Assembly: GCA_964629815.1 (NCBI GenBank)
Contig: CAZVTA010000003.1
Coordinates: 112,721 to 176,720, forward strand
Origin: an uncultured Candidatus Saccharibacteria bacterium
GTDB lineage: Bacteria > Patescibacteriota > Saccharimonadia > Saccharimonadales > AWTP1-31
Direction: 5' to 3'
DNA: 64,000 nt
Both the position numbers and the translations under genes were made by a program. Under the pieces are notes generated by a model. The model had not been told where the DNA came from, made no database searches, and worked only from the letters and a program-made list of their open reading frames with translations. Shown in pieces: positions 56,916 to 64,000 of the stretch (position 1 is the first letter of the stretch; every line of letters starts with the position of its first letter).

Positions 56916-57710
56916 TTAGCCGCGTGGTTTTCGAGGAAAAAATACGCTTGTTCGTTTTGCGTAGGCCTGAAAATCTGGATTGTCTTTGTATTTTTTCTCG
57001 AGCATGGGTATGCCGGATACGAAGATAATAAGGTAAGAGATAGTTGCGGGCCCGAGAAGGCCAAGTAACTTAATATTCGTTGATATGTCGGTAGCGGCAA
57101 GCACGAGCCATACGCCCCACCACTGGGTAACTTCTCCGAAATAATTGGGGTGGCGTGTATAGTTCCATAGACCTTGGTTCATGATCTTGCCTTTATTTTT
57201 TGGGTTGGCAATGAACTGGCGTAGTTGCCAGTCGCCAACCGTTTCGAAATAAAACCCAAGGCCCCATAGTAAAATACCTGCCCACAGCCAGGCGGGGATA
57301 ATTACAGTGTTTTGTATGCCAACCGTATATAAAACGGGGGAAACAACTACGAGCATAAAAAGTCCTTGCAATATAAAGACTTGCAAATATGTACGAATGA
57401 CAAACCACTTGCCCCACTCATCACGCCATTGTTTGTATCTAAAATCTTCGTGTTTGCCGTGATTACGCGTGTAGATGTGTATAGCAAGCCGCAATCCCCA
57501 AAGTGTGGTGAGTATCAGGGCAACGATGCTCGCTTGCTGGCTTGTACGATGTTTCGCAAAAGTCCACCATGCGGTAGCAATAAACCCAAGACCCCACGCG
57601 ATATCGGCGACATCGTTACGTTTTTTGAGTTGGCTCCATAAAAACCAAGCGGTCATATAACAAAAAATAAAGAGTGCCCCCGAACCTATAAGAGAAAGTG
57701 CTGTATCCAT
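56916..57710 (-). CDS. DUF1295 / steroid-5-alpha-reductase-like membrane protein
   Basis: 264 aa, multi-TM; [20 protein letters not shown]. Confidence 0.7.
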   Translation of the reverse strand: MDTALSLIGSGALFIFCYMTAWFLWSQLKKRNDVADIAWGLGFIATAWWTFAKHRTSQQASIVALILTTLWGLRLAIHIYTRNHGKHEDFRYKQWRDEWGKWFVIRTYLQVFILQGLFMLVVVSPVLYTVGIQNTVIIPAWLWAGILLWGLGFYFETVGDWQLRQFIANPKNKGKIMNQGLWNYTRHPNYFGEVTQWWGVWLVLAATDISTNIKLLGLLGPATISYLIIFVSGIPMLEKKYKDNPDFQAYAKRTSVFFPRKPRG

Positions 57711-57821
57711 ATAGGCAATTATACAACACTGTTTTTATATAAAATTCAAAATTCGTGTATTCATGCGGTACAATATCTTTGTAATAACAATAATGCCTAT
57801 TAAGGTACCTCGGAGGGAATA

Positions 57822-58124
57822 ATGGATCCAACACAAGATCAGCCTGCTGTACCAACGCCAAGCGTTGACCCAGCTGCACCAGCACCGGCTCCAGCGCCAG
57901 CAGAAAGCGCTACACCAGACATCACTGTAAGTGCGCCAATGGCAGATATACCAACGCCAAGCGTTGACCCAGCTGCACCAGCACCTGTAGAGCCTGCACC
58001 GGCTGTAGAACCTGCGCCAGTTGTAGAGCCTGCACCGGCTCCAGCTGACCCAGCTGCACCAGCACCGGCTCCAGCAGAAGAGGGTGCGCCCGCAGAAGCG
58101 CCACAGCAATTCGGATCATTCTAA
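57822..58124 (+). CDS. Pro/Ala-rich low-complexity protein
   Basis: 100 aa. GGAGGG SD. DNA-level repeats (CCAACGCCAAGCGTTGACCCAGCTGCACCAGCACC at 57852 and 57951). Terminator at 58143-58172. Confidence 0.45.
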   Translation: MDPTQDQPAVPTPSVDPAAPAPAPAPAESATPDITVSAPMADIPTPSVDPAAPAPVEPAPAVEPAPVVEPAPAPADPAAPAPAPAEEGAPAEAPQQFGSF

Positions 58125-58176
58125 GACAATGAATCGGAGCGAATACCCCCAATAACAAGGGGGTATTTTTATACAA

Positions 58177-58689
58177 ATGAGTGGATATAAAGGACACATA
58201 ACAGGCGCGGTCTTAGCGAATACTGTACTCGTTGGCGGTATGGCGGTTTCCCCATGGGAATTTACGAATCGTGCCAGCATACTTATGAATAACTGGCAGT
58301 TTATTGCGGCAATGTATGTTATTGCGATTCTTTTTGGATTATGGCCCGACGTAGATACTAATAGCAAAGGACAGAATATTTTTTTTGCCATAGCGTTTAC
58401 GCTCGACATTGTCCTTATTGCTACCGGCAAAACCGAAACTGCCGCTTACCTCGGATTGCTGGCCATGACGCCCATTATTGGAAGGCATCGTGGGTGGACA
58501 CATAGCAAGCTTGCGGCTTTGTTAGTGCCGCTACCTATTGTACTTGTGCCATACATGAACCGAAGTACGTTGCTTGCGGCTTCATGCGTGTTATATGCTG
58601 CTGCCGTAACTGGATACCTCAGTCATTTGCTACTCGATGGTCTTTTGGTTAAGGGAATACGCTTCTCTGGTAAGTGGAATGATCGTTAA
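58177..58689 (+). CDS. Membrane-bound metal-dependent hydrolase (YdjM/DUF457-like)
   Basis: 170 aa, 4-5 TM; GRHRGWTHS motif. Confidence 0.55.
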   Translation: MSGYKGHITGAVLANTVLVGGMAVSPWEFTNRASILMNNWQFIAAMYVIAILFGLWPDVDTNSKGQNIFFAIAFTLDIVLIATGKTETAAYLGLLAMTPIIGRHRGWTHSKLAALLVPLPIVLVPYMNRSTLLAASCVLYAAAVTGYLSHLLLDGLLVKGIRFSGKWNDR

Positions 58690-58998
58690 ATGAGCATGGA
58701 AATTATCGATGGTTATGTTGCGCTACGCCGAACATGCCGGGATTTCATGGGATATAACGGGGTAGCTTCAAATCCTGGTTTTTCTGATGACGACATCGCG
58801 GTTGGAATGCATGAACTACTGCTTGGTGCCTGTGCTTTACCTATTGGGATGGGGCCTGAGCGTGGTCAGACAGACACGTTCGATACGTTTGTGCGTTTTC
58901 GAACGGGAATAGAATCGATTTTGCGTATGGCAAACATAGAGTTGCCCGAACCGGTTACAGCCGAGAGTATTACGCAGGCGTTGTCGCACAAGGTTTAA
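58690..58998 (+). CDS. Hypothetical protein
   Basis: 102-aa ORF. Confidence 0.4.
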   Translation: MSMEIIDGYVALRRTCRDFMGYNGVASNPGFSDDDIAVGMHELLLGACALPIGMGPERGQTDTFDTFVRFRTGIESILRMANIELPEPVTAESITQALSHKV

Positions 58999-59264
58999 TA
59001 TTTGCGTATTTGTTTGCGTTCTCTATCTGCGGGATAGATTTGTAAACTGAGGCGGTATTTAAGCAAGGGGATTGTTACGACTTTTACGTGGTGCATAAGG
59101 CCATATCGTATGCGGGGGTCAGCTTGTTTAAGAGGTGACTTGTGGTTCTGGTAATCGATAAATACGTAGAGGATTGTTCCGAGTACAATGAGGCCCAGTG
59201 CGCTTAATAGTAAGGCGAATGGGCGCACGGTGTCTAAGGAAAAAATTGCTATAAGCATTATCAC
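58995..59264 (-). CDS. Stand-alone copy of the TM + basic-tail anchor module found at the C-terminus of 40259-42157
   Basis: DYQNHKSPLKQADPRIRYGLMHHVKVVTIPLLKYR versus DYRKHKQPLVQVDPYISYTPWHHLRVVVWPRLRYR, about 50% identity over 37 aa (aligned by eye). Confidence 0.5.
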   Translation of the reverse strand: MIMLIAIFSLDTVRPFALLLSALGLIVLGTILYVFIDYQNHKSPLKQADPRIRYGLMHHVKVVTIPLLKYRLSLQIYPADRERKQIRKY

Positions 59265-59362
59265 TTACTAATTATAGCAAAACCAGTCTATTGTTCGCTT
59301 GTCATTTGTTTTAGACAAAAGTTCGCTTATACTTAAAATGAAGCATAAGCGAGATAAAGAAT

Positions 59363-60289
59363 ATGAATTTTGCACACGTTAAGTGGTTTGTAGAAAACGA
59401 TGAAATCGTAAAGTTTAGCAAAAATAATTTTTCAATGAGCGATAGTTTTGCTCTTGGGGTGTGGCTGCTTGTACTTGCCATCATCGCCGCAGCGTACATG
59501 ATCGATAGGAAGGCAGTTTCGCCTCCGAAAAAGTGGATGCAGTTTGTTAGTAATCACAAAAAAGGTATTTTACGGGCGTTTTCGGTATTATTTGGCGTGT
59601 TTATGATTTGTACGGGTCTAATGTGGAATTTTGTACTCTCCCCAGAAATCGTGGCAGATGCCAATACGTTTACGCAACTGCTACGCGCGTTTGAAGTGGC
59701 GCTTGGTGTACTGTTTGTTGTCGGTTTTAAGCCCTACGTTTCGGCAATCGGTCTTGTTGTGTTGTATGTTTTGTGCGGCTTTGTAGATGGCATGGAATTT
59801 TGGTTGGAGAATCTGCTGATAGCAGGTAGTGCTATCTTTTTGCTTATACAGTACGCTCCAAAGCAATCATGGCTTGCTAAAAAGCAAGCGTATGCTGTGC
59901 CGGTAGCACGTATTACCACAGGAATATCATTGGTTGTTATGGCTTTTACCGAAAAACTACTACACCCTGAAATGAGCTTGCAATTTTTGAGTACTCATCA
60001 CTGGAATATCTTGGCAAATTTGGGCCTGAGCTCAATAAGTGATGAGCGATTTGTTTTGATAGCAGGGGCTGTTGAATTGCTGTTTGGGGTATTGTTTATA
60101 CTTGGTGTGCTCACACGAGTCAGCACCATCGCCATTGGCTCAATTTTTGGCATTTCAGTGGTAACCATGCTAGTGAGCACCGGCAAATGGGAAGTCGAAG
60201 ACCTGCCAGTATATGCGCTGGCAGTCATTTTACTTGCTTATGGCTCGGGTTCTCGTTGGAGGGTTGGATCGGGAAAAGACGTTATATAG
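59363..60289 (+). CDS. Multi-pass membrane protein (possibly DoxX-like)
   Basis: 308 aa, about 8 TM; N-terminal AHVKWF. Confidence 0.5.
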   Translation: MNFAHVKWFVENDEIVKFSKNNFSMSDSFALGVWLLVLAIIAAAYMIDRKAVSPPKKWMQFVSNHKKGILRAFSVLFGVFMICTGLMWNFVLSPEIVADANTFTQLLRAFEVALGVLFVVGFKPYVSAIGLVVLYVLCGFVDGMEFWLENLLIAGSAIFLLIQYAPKQSWLAKKQAYAVPVARITTGISLVVMAFTEKLLHPEMSLQFLSTHHWNILANLGLSSISDERFVLIAGAVELLFGVLFILGVLTRVSTIAIGSIFGISVVTMLVSTGKWEVEDLPVYALAVILLAYGSGSRWRVGSGKDVI

Positions 60290-60330
60290 TTCAGGCGTAT
60301 CCTAGGTGTGCAATGTATACTTAGATATAC

Positions 60331-61254
60331 ATGCCGCAGTATCAAAGAAATAAATACATACCAACGCGTGCGTACTACCAGCCGCAAGCATCAGTTAAAG
60401 CAAAACCAAAACGACGGTCATTTTGGGTATTTTTAGTGGCAGTGTTACTCGTTGGCTATTTTGTGCTAAAACCATCGGGAAGTAGTGTTGTTAAATCGGT
60501 TGCGGAGCCTGCTGTAAAAGAACCCGAAAAGCCTGCAAAAAAAGACATGGCTCAGTTTGCAGGCCAGCTCGATACGATCATGGCATCAGAGCCCCAGCTT
60601 AATATTGGCGTTAGTGTCGTCGATCTTGTGCACGGCAGTGCCTATAATTACGGTGTGCAAGAACCGTATGTGGCCGCCAGCATTTCAAAGTTATTGACCG
60701 CAACGTATTACTTGCAAACCATTGAAGAAAACGACGAGTCTCTCGATGATCAGATTGGAGCACTCTCTGGCAAAGAACAGCTACGCATGCTTATCGAAAA
60801 AAGCGACCAAACTGCGTGGGTTGCCATTAACGATGAAATTGGCCGCCCCAACCTGGAAAAATATGCAATTAAGCACGGGTTTGCAGAATATAGCGTAGAG
60901 TCTAACCATGTACGGCCAAGTCAGATAGCTGCGTTCTTAAAGGAACTGTACTCGGGCAAACTTTTAAACAAGAACAATACCGCCCGGTTGTTAGGACATA
61001 TGAAAAATGCCAGCGAGCCACAGTATGTTGCCGATGTCGCTAAGCCGTACGCAACTGTCTATCATAAGACAGGTTATTTAAAAGACCGCGTACACGATGC
61101 AGCAATTATCGACAACGGAACCTACCCATTTGCTTTGGTTATATTTACCAAAGCAAAAGGCGATTACGACTTTTTAGAAGGAAAAAAGTTACTCAACACT
61201 ATTACCGAAGATGTTTTAGTGGCTTTCGACATCAAACAAGCGTCTGCTCAGTAA
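60331..61254 (+). CDS. Class A beta-lactamase-like serine hydrolase, membrane anchored
   Basis: SxxK (ASISK) and KTG (HKTGY) motifs; N-terminal TM. Confidence 0.65.
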   Translation: MPQYQRNKYIPTRAYYQPQASVKAKPKRRSFWVFLVAVLLVGYFVLKPSGSSVVKSVAEPAVKEPEKPAKKDMAQFAGQLDTIMASEPQLNIGVSVVDLVHGSAYNYGVQEPYVAASISKLLTATYYLQTIEENDESLDDQIGALSGKEQLRMLIEKSDQTAWVAINDEIGRPNLEKYAIKHGFAEYSVESNHVRPSQIAAFLKELYSGKLLNKNNTARLLGHMKNASEPQYVADVAKPYATVYHKTGYLKDRVHDAAIIDNGTYPFALVIFTKAKGDYDFLEGKKLLNTITEDVLVAFDIKQASAQ

Positions 61255-61302
61255 CAATACTTATGCTTGCAAAATCGGTCTTCAGAGAAGATAGTTACAC
61301 AT

Positions 61303-61629
61303 ATGGAATCATTTTTTGAAGAAGCAGATACACCAGATGGCGAGCAAGCGGTGTTAATTGATTACGGCGACATAACCCTAGAGCTCCATGCTGACAACAC
61401 GCATATACGAGAATATCGCGAAGGCGATGGTGCATACAATCATGTATTTCATGTGCCAGGTGGTAGTTTCGAAGGTGCTGTTATGTTTGCAGCCGAGCCA
61501 GAGGTAATCGAACTGCTTGGTGAAGTAGGTGTTGTTACGGTTATACACGAAGCGCTCGACGATGTTGCGATCGACTTTATGCGTACGCAGATTGTTGGCT
61601 CATTTGAAACGCTTCTAAGCGACGAGTAG
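61303..61629 (+). CDS. Hypothetical acidic protein
   Basis: ATG start preferred over the TTG at 61267; 108 aa. Confidence 0.4.
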   Translation: MESFFEEADTPDGEQAVLIDYGDITLELHADNTHIREYREGDGAYNHVFHVPGGSFEGAVMFAAEPEVIELLGEVGVVTVIHEALDDVAIDFMRTQIVGSFETLLSDE

Positions 61630-61690
61630 CCTACCGATTCTTGCTGTGTTTTCCAGACTGTAGGATACTGTATGTAGCAAAAGGAGATAT

Positions 61691-62257
61691 ATGAATCATA
61701 AAAAACTTATCATTATTACGGCGCTAGCGGTGTTGGTCGTTGGCGGAGGAGTCTTTGTATTCACAATGAACAAAGACGACAAAAACGTTTCTCAATCGAC
61801 CACTCAAACACAAACCGCTGATACAAATACGCAAGAGCATGAGGGTAATCACGCTATGGAGCAAGGAAATATATACTCGTTGGTAGATATTGGCCATGCT
61901 CACAAATGTACGTTTACCTATAATGGTTCAAACGGCACCGGCACAGGAACCATGTACACAAACGGTAAGGGCAATGGACTTATGACGATAGATGTTAAAA
62001 CCGCTGAAGGAAAAACAGGCACAATAAATACTCTTCTGCTCGCCGATGATGCGTATGGCTGGACACAAATAAACGGAAGCACTATTGGATTTAAATTTAA
62101 GAAATCAAGTGTGCAAGCGGATGCAAAGAAAGCTGCAGGCTCGGCAACAACCGATCCGTCCCAGAAGTTTGATCTGGCATGCGAAAATTGGACAGTAAAT
62201 GATTCATTATTCGTTGTGCCGTCGAATGTGCAGTTTATGAGCCTCCCCACAAACTAG
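61691..62257 (+). CDS. Hypothetical anchored/secreted protein
   Basis: 188 aa; AAGGAG SD; N-terminal TM LIIITALAVLVVGGGVFVF. Confidence 0.55.
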   Translation: MNHKKLIIITALAVLVVGGGVFVFTMNKDDKNVSQSTTQTQTADTNTQEHEGNHAMEQGNIYSLVDIGHAHKCTFTYNGSNGTGTGTMYTNGKGNGLMTIDVKTAEGKTGTINTLLLADDAYGWTQINGSTIGFKFKKSSVQADAKKAAGSATTDPSQKFDLACENWTVNDSLFVVPSNVQFMSLPTN

Positions 62258-62307
62258 CAGAATAACGAATACAATTTGGCTAACATATTGTATGCTATGA
62301 TATTTTC

Positions 62308-63018
62308 ATGAGTGAACAGAGAAGAGCGAATGTAATCACAGTACGGTATAGGCCCGATTTAGCAGAAGACGCGGTAGTGTTAACACATGCCGGCACTTAT
62401 GGTAATGAATGTAAGCGGTATATCGATGGTATCGTGGGGATTGGCCGTTCTGTAACGGCGTTTGCTCTTGAAGACGGTGTGTATAGTGAGTTAGAAAATA
62501 AGTCACGGTCTCAATTCCGTGCAATATTAGACGATGTGCCGCAACGTCGTCTACAAAGTTGGGCAGACCGGCAGGTTCGCGGTATGCAACGTCGCCTTGG
62601 GACCGAACACACAAAAGTTATTTCTGATTTCAGATCGAAAGAAGAGGCTCGTAACAGTGAGCGCACCGTCCAAATTGGGGGGTATCTGCCAGGAGAGTAT
62701 ACTGATATTAGCTTTCGTGTAGCGCGGGCACTTAGGGAGCTAAGATATGGCGATTTTAGACTCGCTATTAATACCGATTTCTTTTCAAGAGGACATCGCG
62801 ATGACCATAATAGCTACTTTGTTTTTGGTATGGGAAACGGTACCGGAGACGATGCTACTGGTTCGTGGATGCCATTCTATGATGCGAGAAACCGTGCCAT
62901 AGATCAATATTCTAAAATGCGCTCTGAGGGTGCACCCTATGTACGTGCGATTGGGTCAATTTCGTTTGCACATCTTGCGCAAGAAGCTATGGCACGAGTA
63001 AATGGCGTGCGAAGTTAG
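62308..63018 (+). CDS. Hypothetical protein
   Basis: 236 aa; TGCTATGAT box 6 nt before the ATG. Confidence 0.5.
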   Translation: MSEQRRANVITVRYRPDLAEDAVVLTHAGTYGNECKRYIDGIVGIGRSVTAFALEDGVYSELENKSRSQFRAILDDVPQRRLQSWADRQVRGMQRRLGTEHTKVISDFRSKEEARNSERTVQIGGYLPGEYTDISFRVARALRELRYGDFRLAINTDFFSRGHRDDHNSYFVFGMGNGTGDDATGSWMPFYDARNRAIDQYSKMRSEGAPYVRAIGSISFAHLAQEAMARVNGVRS

Positions 63019-63554
63019 ATGGATTGTATTTTGGTGGACAGGGTTCGCATGGTATTACAGTTGCGAATAGTGATGTTTTTGTAGAGTTCTGTCCCGATAA
63101 TTTTACGCATGCCACTCGTACTAATTTGGGTTCGATCAATATGCCAGATAATTGCACCGGGGGTGTATAGTGCGCTATCGACGCCCTCTCGTAATGGTAG
63201 AGCATGGAGGGTTTTTGGTGAATCGATACCTTCCCATAGCAGCAGTACGTCGCACTTATTGGAGGTATCATTGCGCCACCCGCGGGGTATTTTACCCGCA
63301 ATTGCAGTTAATTCTTCGTCGGTTTTAACAAGGACTGGTACGCCGAATCCAAATTCTTCGGTTATGGCACGAGATATGCGGTCGGTAATCTTTGCTGTAG
63401 ACGCTTCGGTGCTCGAAAATAGCACATTGCCAGAGTTTATGTAGGTTGTTACCTGGGTAAAACCAAGACCTTCCATAACGCTTTTTAATGTCTTCATCTC
63501 AACGCGGCTATTACCGCCAACATTGATGCCTCGAAGAAAAGCAACATACTTCAT
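63015..63554 (-). CDS. DUF1697 family protein
   Basis: MKYVAFLRGINVGGNSRVEMKTLK N-terminal signature. Confidence 0.75.
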   Translation of the reverse strand: MKYVAFLRGINVGGNSRVEMKTLKSVMEGLGFTQVTTYINSGNVLFSSTEASTAKITDRISRAITEEFGFGVPVLVKTDEELTAIAGKIPRGWRNDTSNKCDVLLLWEGIDSPKTLHALPLREGVDSALYTPGAIIWHIDRTQISTSGMRKIIGTELYKNITIRNCNTMRTLSTKIQSI

Positions 63555-63576
63555 GGCATTATCATAACAAAGTGCG

Positions 63577-64000
63577 TTAAGAACTTTGGCCTTGAGCTTG
63601 AGCAGGGGTTATTTCTTTATACAAGCAACCCACAGGGTTTTGTGTACTTACGTCATACAGGTCGAGTCCGCTAATTTTCTCCCAGGCTGCTTGCATACTG
63701 CTTAGCTGTTGTATGGTCGAATCTTTTATAGAGTCATCGAGCAAGGTCGTAGGACATATGTGTTTAGTATTTGAATCATTAGTGCCATGGTTTATTTGTA
63801 TTTCAAAACGCAACAGACCGTTGTTTTGTCGGGCGGGTTTACCAATGATGTCGCCAGCTTTGACCTTGTCGCCCTTTTTGATCTGTAAATCGATAACATG
63901 ATCATAGCCAATTATCCATTGAGTGTCGTCATTGGTGCCAAGAAACACTTCACTATCTTTGCTTTCGGGCTGTTCTTGTATAAACATAACAACGCCGTCT
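63577..64000 (-). CDS. LytM/M23-like domain protein, C-terminal part (may continue beyond the window)
   Basis: KKGDKVKAGDIIGKP...LLRFEIQ resembles the M23 barrel, but the HxH His residues appear substituted. The frame is open to the window edge. Confidence 0.4.
   Translation of the reverse strand, partial: DGVVMFIQEQPESKDSEVFLGTNDDTQWIIGYDHVIDLQIKKGDKVKAGDIIGKPARQNNGLLRFEIQINHGTNDSNTKHICPTTLLDDSIKDSTIQQLSSMQAAWEKISGLDLYDVSTQNPVGCLYKEITPAQAQGQSS

Noticed and set aside
57735-58197. Three minus-strand ORFs (124, 91 and 89 aa) and repeated DNA that might be taken for a CRISPR-like or tandem-repeat array.
   Set aside because: The repeats are the coding repeats of the Pro/Ala-rich ORF on the plus strand. 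The minus frames give Cys/Trp/Arg-rich nonsense. There is no regular repeat-spacer periodicity.

Overview
The gene content looks like a compact Patescibacteria/CPR genome, probably Saccharibacteria-like; that taxonomic call is inference only. Genes are densely packed and there are no rRNA genes, CRISPR arrays, transposases or integrases. Recognisable genes include uvrC, pepP-like, secG, ligA, leuS, ddl, a murF-like ligase, psd-pssA, htpX, a lemA-family gene, rpmF, nusB, rnc, rpsP, trmD, typA, sodN-sodX-fur, two ABC systems and trhO. Many ORFs are orphans. I found eight tRNA genes. The main signal is around five of them (14.5-23.6 kb). Each is followed, and two are also preceded, by fragments mimicking its own ends. 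Three of these pseudo-fragments carry an identical-length 85-nt three-hairpin module whose stems differ by compensatory base changes. I cannot match this module to any RNA class from memory. Other notable points: LeuS has a Nudix-box domain inserted after its editing domain. A 967-aa membrane-anchored protein pairs LAS-peptidase-like and lysozyme-like domains behind a terminator/antiterminator leader. A beta-helix surface protein and an 89-aa ORF share a TM-plus-tail anchor motif. Many genes have a TGnTAnnnT box 6-8 nt upstream of the start codon, which implies leaderless mRNAs. All function calls rest on motifs read by eye and nothing was searched against a database.
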